Shown here: one piece after another, positions 38,274 to 51,600 of the stretch
Layout of the letters: each line of letters opens with the position of its first letter
How positions within the stretch are numbered: position 1 is the stretch's first letter
Assembly (NCBI RefSeq): GCF_037042905.1
Contig: NC_087263.1
Span: 11,906,001 to 11,970,000, forward strand
Source of the DNA: Lytechinus pictus
Lineage: Eukaryota
Direction of reading: 5' to 3'
DNA: 64,000 bases
Made by a program: the position numbers and the translations under genes
Notes under the pieces: generated by a model
What the model saw: the letters and a program-made list of their open reading frames with translations, nothing else
Told to the model about the DNA's origin: nothing
The model's database searches: none

Positions 38274-40205
38274 CTATGACAGTACGATGGGCAGTTCACC
38301 CTCGTTGACGTAGCCCACCTCTGCTGCTGATGGTTTGGTGAAATCGTCATCATCCTTCTCAGGCACCGCGAGGTCATTCCCATCGCTCATCGGCGGGGAG
38401 AAGACGGTACCTATCGGCTCGGGGGCATTGACATCGGGAAGGTCTTCTACGAAGGGTCGGCCGTTTGGTCGTACCTCCGCCAAGTACTCCCTGAAGCCGA
38501 GGTCGTTGATCATGAAGGCGATACCGACGAGGAAGACGCATATGCCCACGGTGGCTGCAACGCCAGCAGAGAGGTCGATCCACGTGAACGTTTGATCTGG
38601 TTGTTAAAAAAGGAGAATGTGCATCATTTAATTGCATCAGCACCACAATACAGTCTTTCATTTATCAATTACTACAGACCAAGCAGGTCTTTGCGCTCGT
38701 CCACTTCTGACTTCCTTGTCATTCCAAAAGTTTCAAAAACTTGGGGGGAAAGATCATTTACTTTTGCATGCCCCACTTTGTGGAATAGCCTTCCTAAAGA
38801 CATAAAAAAATGTACCTCTGTCGAAACTTTCAAAAATCTTCTAAAAACTTTTTTATTTAACTCTTAGCTCTTTATGCGCCTTGAGCACTCTACAGAGTGG
38901 ATTTTACGCTTTATAAGTCACATTATTATTATTATTATCACATCCGCTGTACACAAGGTATTCATATGTTTCTATGTAATAATAAATCATGATTTACGGT
39001 ATTTGTTTCGTCTTTTTTGTTCATATTACTCTCTGCTTCCTCCTCTCTCTCTCTCTCTCTCTCACATTCTCTTTCTTTATATCTGTCTCTTTATCTCCCC
39101 TGCATGCTAATCTTTCTTTTCTATTATAAGATATTTACTGAACGAAGATTTAAGTTTTGATGAAATACTGATAAATTGTTGATTTGTTTGTGTTCCTGAA
39201 ATCGTATATCTGTTACATGGGCGGAAATCCCAGGGGGGACGCGTCCCCCTACCCCAAATAGTAGGGGGACGCAATATCAAATGTCCCCCTGCTATTTTGT
39301 TCTTTAATGATGGAAAGAAATACATCATTCAAAATCAAAATAAAACATGGATTTTGGACGTGATGACCTTACTTTTTTTTTTGCTTGTCAAATTTTCCAG
39401 CCCCTGGTCCCCCCAACTTTGAGGAGAGATTTCCGCCCTTGATCTGTTATGTACTACTTTGTATTTTTGTTTCGAGCAAGAATATTGGGAGATGCCAATG
39501 ATGTTCTAATAGATAAATTCATTCATTTCGCAATGCTCCATTGGGGGGTTTTCGCCCGGCAACGTTACGGAGGATTCACGAATGCGGAAAATGCTTTTTA
39601 AATGCCCTCCAAATGACAAAGAACAGCTGGGAGGTCGTTGTCGAAAATTGGTGAAGCGGACAGCCATTTCCTTCAGAGTCTCGGAGTTGACGAAAAATTG
39701 CAAATATGTCGCTTGTCAAAACTCAAGGACGAAACTGATGATTTGTTTCACAATTTGCAACAAAGACCTCCCAGCTGTTCATTGTCATTTGACGGCAATA
39801 TCATTGCATGTACTCTGTTTTTCAACACTGAGAATTTTTGTCTGCGACCAAAATGAATTAACGTCATTTCCACAATCCTTTTCTTTCACATTTTGTCAAG
39901 ATATGATCGCCATAGGGGTCGAACAAATTCTCTTTTTATATATAAAACATGTTACCACCGGTAGGAAACAACCGTCATTGTGGTTGGTTCAGCAAGTTTG
40001 CGCCTAACAGGCTGCTTGAAATGCTATGAATCCAGTGACCGGGTAATAATAATTGTGAAGCGCTTTGAACAGTCGTTGATTGATAAAGCGCTATATAAAT
40101 GCCAATTATTATTATTATTATTACCACAAGCTTACCTGATAGACCAGCTTCTACAACCGATGATGTGCCTACTATCAAGATTGCCAGAATGATTCGAAAC
40201 GCCAT
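38274..40205 (-). CDS. Small type I membrane protein (130 aa), MAP17/SMIM24-like
   Basis: Exon 40205-40136 (ATG, signal peptide MAFRIILAILIVGTSSVVEA, donor g|gtaagc) joins exon 38596-38274 (acceptor ttaacaaccag) in phase 1. The rest reads GLSDQTFTWIDLSAGVAATVGICVFLVGIAFMINDLG followed by an acidic tail ...GYVNEGELPIVLS*. The exon has GC-rich codon usage in AT-rich surroundings. Confidence 0.8.
38660..38938 (+). mobile_element. L2-type LINE 3' fragment (intronic, antisense to host)
   Basis: YRPSRSLRS...GERSF...LWNSLP...FK.LLKTFLF*, then gcgccttgagcac and an (att)n tail. Confidence 0.85.
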
Positions 40206-40448
40206 CTGTATAATCAAAGAATATCAACTTCACTTAAAGTGCAAAACGAAGATGTCAAATAATAAGAAAATAATAAAGGAATAATTAATTCCTTTTGTGA
40301 TAAAGACAATAAGATATTCCTGTTCTCCAAGAATACTACAATGGTAACACACGCTGTGAGAAGTCAGGATGTGATTTTTTTCTTTCTCCTTTTCAGCTCC
40401 ACCTCCTCGCCCCATTCTTCCCCTTGTCTCTTCGTCCTCCTCGATCTT

Positions 40449-40705
40449 GGGCGCATCGTGGTGTAGTGGCTCTGACTCTCCCCTTTAAAACAGAGGGTCG
40501 CGGGTTCGAATCCTAGCCAGACGTGTTTTTAGCAAGAAATTTATCCACGCTGTGCTGCACTCGACCCAGGTGAGGTAAATGGGTACCGGCAGCAAGAAAT
40601 TCCTCAAAAAGCTGTGGGCACCAGAATCGGTAGACTAGCTTAGCCGGGGTATTATAAGAACGCCTTGAGCACCTAGCAAGGTGGATACGTGCGCTATACA
40701 AATCC
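40449..40705 (+). mobile_element. tRNA-derived SINE
   Basis: A-box tggtgtagtgg, B-box ggttcgaatcc, core tgtgctgcactcgacccaggtg, and L2-like tail cgccttgagcac...gcgctata. Confidence 0.9.
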
Positions 40706-41489
40706 TCTATCATTCTATCATTTATTTATTTCTCTTCTTCCTATTATTTTTTCTTTCTTTTTTCTTCTTCATCCTCAACTTCATTTACTTTTTTTATCGT
40801 CTTTGTCTCCTTTATATGTCAGGACAAAATCACTGAATTTGGAGAGGTTCCTGAGGTACCGCTAAAGCATGGAGCTACTACTCTATGTTAGTATTTCCAA
40901 AAGGCCAAATATTCTCCTTGTTTATTTTCTTCCACTCATCTTTCATCATTCCGATTGGGTTCCATCCATCCAAAGTTACGTAATAGACGACGCGTTTTAT
41001 AGCCGGGAACAAATACCATAAACCTTGTTTCTCGTCTTATGAGAAGCAAAATAAATAAAAGACTTCTTGAATCAGGCATCTGCTAAGAACTGTGCAAATT
41101 TACGAAACATTGCCAGTGCGTTTCATATGTATTATATTTTACTTTTAGCCACCCCCCCCCCCCCCCACACACATGGATACACCTCCAATGACATGGGGCA
41201 TGTTTGTATATATGCCTTTTACAAATGAGCATGGCCATAAATAGGATTTTTTTCCTGGGGGAGAAAGATGGGTAAAAATTTTCGCGAACCGACCGAGCTT
41301 GTCATTGGGGCAATATGTATTTATAAACTGAAATGAGAGGATTTCGTGCACACTCTTAATTATCAGTGACAAATTACAAGTTTTTAGAATTTCTGGGGGC
41401 AGTCCCCGCCCCCCCCCCCCCCCTGCGGCTATGCTTATGATCTGAAGAGCATTATTATCTCCATGGTGCAGGTGCCTACTTGAAGATTA

Positions 41490-41770
41490 ATGATAATAGT
41501 AATAATGATAATATGCAACAATTGTATAGCGTTCAATAACAATGTTTCTAAGCGCTGAATACTACTACCCCTGCTTAGGCGCGGAGCTACCTGATCGGAC
41601 GCTCAAGCATTCAAGGAATTCCTTCCTACCGGGTACCAATTTACTTCACTTGGGTGGAAAGTGGTGATACTGACGCCTTGCCAAAGGACGCGTGTGCAGT
41701 GCTACTGTGGGATTTGATCCCCGAACCTTGTGGTTCAAATTCCGGAGACTTATCCACTGAGCCACAACAT
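41490..41770 (-). mobile_element. tRNA-derived SINE
   Basis: The minus strand has tggctcagtgg (A-box), a degenerate B-box ggatcaaatcc, the core ggtacccggtagg..gaattccttgaatg and an att-rich tail. Confidence 0.75.
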
Positions 41771-42096
41771 CTATGAGATGGTAAAGACAATAATTTGGTA
41801 TTATGCCTACTTTTGAAGTATGTATTACGAAAAACAGGTAGACACAATTTTGAATTGGTTTTCATATAAATTGTTAGATCTCCTTTTTTTTCTGTCATGT
41901 AATTCATAGTGGTAGGGTGTTGGGCCTATATTCTTGTTGCGAAAACGTAGGCCTACATATCTTGATGAACAACGTACTCACCACTGAGCTTATGAAGCAC
42001 CTGACGACCCTGCAAGCGAAAGAATCTCGATCATGATCATGATGATTGAATCAGTAGCTAGATTCGTGATTTTAATTTAGAATCTAGAACAATTAA

Positions 42097-42457
42097 AGGT
42101 ATTGTTTAACTTTGTGAGCAGCCGATTAAAATAATTCTCAAACCAAGATGAAACATGTGTATGTATAGAACTAATAAACCCTGAAAACAAACATTATTGA
42201 GAATGAAAAGCTTAAACTACAAGGCAAACCCCGATTTTGTAAATAAATAGGCGTCTAATAGTACAAATAAGTGTATGGGATGAAATTAAGATGGTGTTTT
42301 CGGTCTCTTTATATTTCAATTTTTGAAGCACTAAATAATTATTTTCGAACGCATTTTTTTCTGGGCTTCATTTTTGTAACATATCACAGACACAGGTGAC
42401 AAGTGTGACCTTCTAGCTCAGATTTTTTTAAAGTCAAAGCAATGTTAGCCAATCACT
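42097..42457. mobile_element. TTAA-flanked non-autonomous element (Kolobok-like)
   Basis: ttaa|aggtattgtttaac ... gttagccaatcact|ttaa; imperfect TIR. Confidence 0.55.
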
Positions 42458-43059
42458 TTAAAGTTAATAAATCAATTTGAAGAGTGTCAGGACAACTTCG
42501 ATATAAATTACATATGAGCAGTTTAGTAAATGAAATGGGAACTGTTAACCATTTTTTAATACTCACTTTGATTCCAAGAGGAAAATAAAAATATTCCAAT
42601 GAACGGAGATTCGTGTACAGGTGTGATGTTTCTCAAATCCACAATGAGACGGGAGCTTCTGGCGAGTAAACGACCAAGCTTCCTCTTATCAGTTCGTGAG
42701 CAATTTGCGCCATGACAAACCCCCTCAGATGAACGGGGGAACTTAGGATACAAGTACTAGTCTACATACGCGTGCGCGCACACACACACACGCACGCAAC
42801 TCGACGCACACACACCCACACAACGCATAAACCCTCACAAACACTACCCACCCCCATCCACCTCACCCACACAAAGTCCCACTTACATGACCGCGCACAC
42901 CCAACACACACACCCGCTTGTACCCTATGTAGATATGTACATGCTCTAAACACACACACTGGCTTGTACCCTATGGAGATATGGAGATGTGTGCACACAT
43001 AGTTACCAATAATTATTATAGCACTTCCATTTGAATATAGGATAAAGGAGCACTCAGTG

Positions 43060-43160
43060 ATGATTGAATGCCTTGCTCAAAGTGCCGTGGCCGGGGATCG
43101 AACCCCGGACCTTCATGTGTCTAGTCAGGCGCCAAAGACCACTCGGCCACGGCACCTCCA
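43060..43160 (-). mobile_element. tRNA-derived SINE head
   Basis: Minus strand gtgccgtggccgagtgg (A-box) ... ggttcgatccc (B-box) ... ggccacggcac, followed by ttgagcaaggca. Confidence 0.7.
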
Positions 43161-45377
43161 CTCACACACATTATACATCCTGCATGTTCAGATCACTTTC
43201 ATCAAGTGAAGGGCTTGGACAGCAGACTATGTTTTAGTATATGTATCAAATTGGCTGCACCAGATGAAAGAAGGGATTCTAAGCTTTGCAATATATTTTA
43301 ATTTTTATGTTATATGTTATTAATTTATTGTTAATTTACATTTCTATTTTTTCTAGGAAATTTTCTCATCACTTAAATGCACAGACAACACAATTCTTTC
43401 GGTATAGGTTATTGTGACACTTCATTTATATGCACTTTTTTACACTAAAACGTTAAACTAACTGTAACATGTATATTCTCAAATAAGACTCAGCAAAACT
43501 TGTGCCATTCAATATCAAACTATTTACAATTTATTTCAGTGGAATTTGATTTGTTTACAATAAGAAGTTAAAACAAAAAAAAATGCTTTCCAATGAAGAT
43601 CATAAGAAAAACAAAATACATTGTAAGTTCTGGTTTTGGAGAAGTATTTTTTTTTATTAGTGGAGGGGACATAAAGAAATACTTCTCCAAAACCCCCGTC
43701 GTTCGTTCTCCTTTTCTTCTTTTTTCTTCTTACTTCCGGTTGGAACTTGGATTCGAACCTCTGGCTGCAGAACGAAGCATCTCCAGTCTGTCGCCTTACT
43801 CACTGAGCTAGCAGGAATTGTTGAGAGCCATGGGTTTCATAACGATTATCAAACGATATTTCGACTAGTCTACTCTCCAAGAGTTTTGGGTATTTATTTT
43901 TTTGACCAAATAAACCGATGCCGTTGGGAGTTAAACTTTCTCGAAATTTTGATGGAATAAAGCCATATTTTGGAATGTATCCAACTTTTCCTTCTTAAAT
44001 CTTTTAGACATATATTAAATAATTATTCAGTTGATAAACCTCCATGGTTTTTTTTTTCAAGTTCAGTGGAGGGGACATATGGAAGTCTTGCCCTACATTG
44101 AATTCTAAAAAAATATATAAACAAAAATCTTTTTCACTTGCAAATATTAATATTCAATGATATAAACATCCATATTCAAACTTCTCTGACTTCACTATCA
44201 TGATTATAAACATTTATTAATTCCACTGTTCAAACAATTGATGACTACCTACTAGCACCAGCTTCAAAATATCCTTTCAGAATTATAAGTTTAGAAAATA
44301 TATGTTAATATCCCACAAATCTTTCACAGTATATCTCACATCAGATAATCTTTAACACGTCATTAAAAAGGGGATGAAAAGTCATTTTTACACTCACCGA
44401 TGACTTCAGCAAAACGGGCTTAAAATTGGTGTTAAACCCCATTTTAAAACTTCATGCAGGTAGTAATGTTTAGCAGCTCAAAATCAGGAAAAATATAGCT
44501 GCTCGGAAATAGATTAAGCTTTAATTTTCTTCTGGCAGGCTCGAGAAAAACTGCACAGAGATGTGTGCTCACCAAAGTCTGGAAATTGGAGTGTGCAAAA
44601 AGCTAATGGAAAGCTACTGAACACTTATACTCTTGCCCAGAAAAATCCAAAGCAGCTGGTCAAAATGATTGGTTCCCTGCCTGGGACAAAAAGGGAACAA
44701 AGGGCCCTATTCAGGCAAGGCAGAGAAAGATCACTGCCCTGAAAAAAAAGCTTAATTACCTATAGTCAGTGATGGTAACCTAAATCATATAAGCACTGCT
44801 CATTAGAGAATAAAAAGATAAGATTCATGTCTCTTTGCTACCTTGGCTCGAGTACAGGGTTAAATTGATTGGGTTAAAACAGGAAAATAAATAAATAAAA
44901 TAAAATGCATTTTCAATGTGACACTCACGATCACCTAACATTTTGTGTTGTATAAAACAGCTTATATAATTACATATTTTAAAAATGTACTGCCTACAAA
45001 TTTCAATAAGTTAAAAATGGTTTTACTTCCAATCCTTAGTATGTATGACCCAATAAAATTATGTGTTTTTCTTATTCAAACCTTAAAAAAATGATTGTTA
45101 TAACTACTTGTTGTAACCATTAGCAGGTTGGTTACCTAAGGAAATCAATAATGTGAGTGCGAAGCGCTTTTCTCCTCTCCTTCCTTTTTACTTTTGTTCT
45201 TTCTTCTTTATTTTTGCGCCGCTAACATGGTGGCAGTGACTGCTTCGCCCCCCCCCCTGGATCCACCTACTCTGGGGGCCCGTTTCATGAAACTTGTTGC
45301 AATAACAATTACAGTTTTGTGCTACTAAAATCTTTAAATTTGACTGGCTGATAGCAAACTTTTTATATTAACAAGTC

Positions 45378-48300
45378 TTTTTTTCTTTTTTTTTATTTAT
45401 TGATAAATTCATATTCCACAATCATCAAAGTACATTTATATTAAATCATTTTTACAATGAAAAAAATGCATAACACATGCAGGATTGAAACATAGCAATG
45501 AAATGAAAAAAGGGGAGGGGCCTACTAAAAAGCAAAGCCTTTAAAATGTAGACCCCCTATCAAAATTTTATACAAGGGTAATATGATATAAGTAGAGTAA
45601 AATAATCAGCAAAATTCTATAAAATTATATACTTTTAGATATAAACACTGTAACATAAATGTATATCCACTATATACAAAATTAAATATTGACTTTAAAA
45701 TAATCAATACTACCGTGGATAAGTATGAAGTTCACAAAATATTTGATTGAATCAATAAGAATTCAGAAGAAATTTTTTGATGAGTAATTTAAATTGGTTC
45801 AGATTAGCTGCCTCTTTTATTACTCTGTCCAGAGAATTCCAGAGTTTTGGTCCTGTGAAAAATACAGTTTTGCTAGAAAATACTGTTCTACTTTTGGGTA
45901 AGTGATAGTCATTTGATTGTCTCGTATTATATGAATGTAAAGTATTGTTTCTCATACATTTCTTTTGTAGGACATTAGGTACACTATTTCTATCTAGCTG
46001 ATACATGAATTGGAATAGTTGCAAGCGGTAAAGGTCATTGACTTTAAGGATACGTTTCTGACGAAACAATTCATCTGTATGAGCTCTAAAGGACATATTG
46101 CATATTATTCTATGTACTTTTTTCTGAAGTAGCATGAATTTATTGAGTCTCGTTTTAGAGGCATTACCCCATGCCCGAATTCCATAATTAAGATATGGTA
46201 GAATTAATGCACAATACAACACGGATAGCGCCTGTGCTGGAAGAACGTTTTTAAGCTTATTGATGACTCCAATATTTCTTGCCACAGTTTTGCAAATATT
46301 GTTAATATGAGCATTCCACGTAAGCTTGTTATCAATAGTAAGACCTAAGAATTTTGTTGTTTGCACTTCTTTGATTTCAGTATTATCTAAAAGTATTTGA
46401 TGCGGTAGATGTTTCAATGAATGACTAAAAAGCATATAATTAGTTTTTTGCAGATTCAACGACAGTTTGTTGGCTTTAATCCAGTTTGTTACTTTTTAAA
46501 TTCTGCATTCATAGTGCTCACAAGTACATGTGGATCACGATGTGTAAAGAAAATATTGGAATCATCAGCAAAGAGAATAAATGAGAGAACAGGAGATGAA
46601 TTTTTCATATCATTAACATAAAGTACAAATAGCAAAGGGCCAAGAATACTACCTTGTGGAATTCCACAGGAAACTGGCCTTGTTGGAGATTCTGATTCAT
46701 TTACTGTAACAAACTGAATTCTGTCAGTAAGATAACTCCTAAACCATTGTAAAGCTGTCCCTCTGATACCGTAATTTGATAGCTTACATAATAGTATTTC
46801 ATGATCTATTGTATCAAACGCTTTTGAGAAGTCGAGGAATAACCCTACGGTTTGATCAGAATCGTCAAAAGAAGTATATATTTTATTTATTAATGTCAAT
46901 ATAGCATGAGTTGTATTGTGTTTTTCTCTAAAACCGAATTGATTATCACATATAATACTATATTTCTTAAGGAAAGCAACTGTCCTTTTATAAATTATCC
47001 TTTCAAGAATTGTTGAGAACGAAGTTAACAAAGATATTGGGCGGAAATTACTAGTAATTAATTGGTCTCCCTTCTTGAAAATGGGTATAACTTTAGCTAT
47101 TTTCATCTTCTTTGGGACCTGGCCAAGCTGCAACGATAAATTAAATATATGAAGCAGAGGATCAGCAAGAGAATGTATAATGTTTTTCACAACTCTATTT
47201 GTAATGCCATCATAACCGGGAGTCTTTTCTGCTTTCAAATTAAATACAATCTCAAGTAATTCTTCTCTATGAACTGGAGTAAGAAATATCGAACTATCAT
47301 TTTGTTTATCCAAAAAGTCCTTAAACGAATTTTCTACAGGCATAATATTTCCAGCTAACTTTGGTCCAATTTGAGAGAAATATGTATTAAATTCATTTGC
47401 TATAGAATGAGTATCTTCAACCATATTTCCATCTACACATAATTTATTAACAGCACTAGATTTGTTAATTTTGTTGAGGGCCCCATTTATTGTTTTCCAT
47501 GTATTTTTAAGGTCGTTTTCATATGATTTTATTTTTTCTGAATAAAACCTCTTTTTTGCTATTCGGAGAGTAGTTGTTAAGGTATTTATATAAGACGTGT
47601 ATCTATTCCGTGAAATATCATTTGGATTTGATATAGAAGAAACATACAGATTATTTTTCCGATTTATAGATTTTAAAAACCCATGGGAGCTTTGGAACAC
47701 GTTTATAATCGTAATTTTGATATTTCTTTAAAGGAACACAAGAATCTAAGCAGTCATCGAAAGATTTCAAAAATAGGTCAAATGAGTCATCGACATTCTC
47801 ATTCGAGTTATAAACGTCAGACCAATCAACAGAGCTTAAATCTATTTGGAGGCGTTCAATATATTTATCACTAAAGTTGCGACAGATCCGATATTTCTTT
47901 TCCATTTTTGCGAGTGATTGCATTGTTTGGATATGGGTAAAAATAAGAAAATGATCGGATATGTCTGTCGTTACAATGCCAGCTTTCGGAAGAGGATGAG
48001 AGTTACAGAATATATTATCTAAAAGCGTAGCAGAATGATCAGTAATACGGGTTGGTCTAGAAATAATAGGCAAAAAAGTAGAAGATAACATTAATTCAAG
48101 GAAATCATTTGTTAAAGAGTGATTACTGGTCAAGAGATTAATATTGAAATCACCAGTGATGATACAATTGTTATTTATCAATTCTCCGTTTTGCAAAAGT
48201 TCATTAGTAGCAAGTAAAAAATCTTCTACAAGAAGTTTGAGGAGGTCTGTAGATGACACCTATTAGAGTTTTCTTATCTTTTTGAATTTTTACTTCTACA

Positions 48301-48562
48301 AATAAGGATTCGATGATTTCATTTATATATTCAAATTCATGTCTAATTGCATAATCAAATGAAGACGGAATATGTAATGCTAGTCCACCTCCAATTTTAT
48401 TTTTCCTATTGTTTATAACAATATCATAATTCGGAAGGGTGCATAAGGAATTCGGGGTTTCCGTGAACCAAGTTTCAGTAAGAGCAATGATTGGGGATTG
48501 GCAAACTGTGTATTTTCTAATAATAATCGTAATTTCTCGAAGTTTTGGTTAGCGCTTCTTAT
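45378..48562 (-). mobile_element. CR1/L2-group LINE with nearly full-length but disrupted ORF2 (APE endonuclease + RT)
   Basis: IRS.., IALTETW, GDFN and SDH endonuclease motifs, then FRPISLL, GFRE, DFSKAFD, GIPQGSILGP and FADD, split across ORFs 47651-48259, 46489-47700 and 45752-46459. The A-rich tail with aataaa is at ~45380-45400. Confidence 0.95.
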
Positions 48563-48614
48563 ATGAAACCACACCCTAGTCTGAAAGTTTCAAAGCAATC
48601 TGTTGACACAAACA

Positions 48615-51600
48615 CTATTTTGTTTGAATGTGCTTTCGACGTATTTTGATAAGAAACCATACGATTAGGAGATTGATGACCGCGATTGCGTGGATGACAC
48701 CGATGATGATGAATACCTTCGTGAAGGACTGGGTGACATCAAACAGATAACCTTTGGAAATATATGAATGGAAAAAACATCAATGATTTGATACGGTTTT
48801 AACAATTCCACACTCTAAAACAAATTAAAGACACAGACTGGACCCAAACATGAAATTGACAAGTCATACCAATAAGCCAGTTCGTAGTTTCTTTCTGCGC
48901 ATGATCAAAAGATTCTACGCATGATCAGAGGAAGGTCATTTGTACTAAAGTGACATGGTGGTTTAAAATCTAATGAGATAAGCAGCAAATTTGATGTCTT
49001 GATTATTCATATATTCTTTTTAATTGTGGTTTTCATTTACATCCACAAAAAAAAACGCGTCCACGAACGACTGGTATTTCACAGTTTGCCAAGTACATTG
49101 TGCCACATGCTATGATATGCATTCAAAGTAGGAATGCAACAAATACCTTCATAAAGTGTTCATTGGTGTGCTATTCTAGTCACCTGGTCTATTCAATTTA
49201 GTGGAGCGGTTATGTGACAAAAAGTGGCCAAGATGCTCGGATCTGGCAGAAAGTGTAAAAATGGGCATACAGGGGTATTTTTGGGCGCTGATTTAAAAAA
49301 TTGCCAGCCCCAAGCGATTTGACCATCGGGTCGGCCGCCATTTTTAAATCCAAGATGGCCGCCATGAAAAATCATTAAATGTCATTTTCTTGAGTTTTAC
49401 ATGGCATGTGACACTGAAATTTGGCATATAGGGGTATTTTGAGGCACTGATTTCAAATATTGCCAGCCCCCAGCAATTTGACCATTTGGCCGGCGGCAAA
49501 ATGGCCACCATCTTAAAATCCAAGATGGCCGCCATGATATATTATTGCAATCATTTTTTCGAGTTTTATATGAACTGCGGTATTGAAATTTGGCATATAG
49601 GCTTAATTCGGGTTGCTGATTTCAAATATTGCCGGCCCCAAGTTATTTGACCATCGGGTCGGCCGCCATTTTGAAATCCAAGATGGCCGCCATGAAAAAT
49701 CATTAAATGTCATTTTCTTGAGTTTAACATGGCATGTGACACTGAAATTTGGCATATAGGGGTATTTTGAGGCACTGATTTCAAATATTGCCAGCCCCCA
49801 GCAATTTGACCATTTGACCGGCGGCAAAATGGCCGCCATCTTGAAATCCAAGATGGCCGCCATGATATATTATTGCAATCATTTTCTCGAGTTTTATATG
49901 AACTGCGGTATTGAAATTTGGCATATAGGCTTAATTTGGGGTGCTGATTTCAAATATTGCCAGCCCCAAGTGCTGCTGACCTGGAGGTCAAATTGCTGGG
50001 GGCCGGCAATATTTGACATCAGTGCCTCAAAATACCCCTATATGCCAAATTTCAGTGTCACACGTCATGTAAAACTCATGAAAATGACATTAAAGATTTC
50101 TCATGGCGGCCATCTTGGATTTCAAAATGGCGGCCGACCCGATGTCACACGTCATGTAAAACTCATGAAAATGACATTAAAGATTTCTCATGGCGGCCAT
50201 CTTGGATTTCAAAATGGCGGCCGACCCGATGGCCATTTTGAAATCCAAGATGGCCGCCATGAGAAATCTTTAATGTCATTTTCATGAGTTTTACATGACA
50301 TGTGACATCGGGTCGGCCGCCATTTTGAAATCCAAGATGGCCGCCATGAGAAATCTTTAATGTCATTTTCATGAGTTTTACATGACGTGTGACACTGAAA
50401 TTTGGCATATAGGGGTATTTTGAGGCACTGATGTCAAATATTGCCGGCCCCCAGCAATTTGACCTCCAGGTCAGCAGCAAAACAGCCGCCATCTTAAAAT
50501 CCAAGATGGCCGCCTTGAAAGATAATTTGCTCAAGTCTTACGTATGGCCTGTAACACTTTAAATTTTGAAAAAAACTTGATCTTTGCATCCTTGATCAAT
50601 GAAAAGAACATAGTAAATAGATGCTATTTTGAATTCCAATATGGTTACCAAGTTTGAATGATGTTCAACATTACAATGGTGAGTAAACATATGTATCATC
50701 AGTCAAAAGAAAAGAAAATAAGCTTTCTTTTGGCGTCCGAGTTGCTTTCTACACGTGTGTTAAGTTCGACGGCATCGCCCACAACTGAGATTTCCCTGTG
50801 ATCTCCATAGACTTCTTTCGAATCCAGTAATGTTCATCCAATTTATGGCAGCCATCTTGAAATCAAAGATGGCTGCCATAAAAAAAATCATTAAAAAAAA
50901 TCAAGCATCATAATTATAATGTAGGTATTATTTTGAAATTTGGCATTTTTGAATAACCATCGTGTGTTCGACAATCTGACAATGGGAGCATGTTCGCCTC
51001 ACAATCGGGAGATCGGGAGTTCAAGCTCCGACAGCATCAGACCAAAAGATGTTAGAAAAGGGGAGCTGCTTCTAACCTGTTTGGCGGTCAACGAATTAAA
51101 GGGGAAGTTCAACCTGACAAAAAGTTTATTGAAACAATAACAGAATAAGTAATGAAAAAAAATATTGAAGGTTTGAGGAAATTCCATCAAATATTTAAAA
51201 AGCTATTGGAATTTCATTTGGTGCATTTGTGACGCCAGATTCAAGCAGTTCCCCCATGTTTCTTATAGTACAAAAATCAATGAAATGTAGCCTCCTCAAA
51301 AAATGAAAATGTTTTTTTATTGGACCCTCAGTATATCAACAAACTAATGATTTCACACCCGCTCCAGAAAGAAAAAAAAAATACCCACGATGAACCATTT
51401 ATGCATTTCATATCACACAACATAATGGGAAAGCTGCTCGTACAGTAGCCTATATGACGTCACAAATCAAAAACTTAAAATTCTAATATCTTTGATGGAT
51501 CCACCAATATCTTTTTTATATCATATTTTCTTTTGTTTTTACAACAAACTTTTCTCTGGGGTGAACTCCCTTTTTAAAGGATAGAGCAACGTCCGATGTC

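Noticed and set aside
35900..39800. Two similar segments (~36050-36250 and ~39590-39800) flanking the small membrane gene
   Set aside because: Each is internally palindromic and diverged, which fits independent MITE copies better than LTRs or a segmental duplication.
42762..43002. His/Thr-rich and Cys/Val-rich ORFs
   Set aside because: Degenerate (CA)n microsatellite.
43735..43815. tRNA-like sequence on the minus strand (tagctcagtg...ggttcgaatcc)
   Set aside because: A and B boxes are present, but there is no convincing acceptor or anticodon stem; likely a SINE-type relic.
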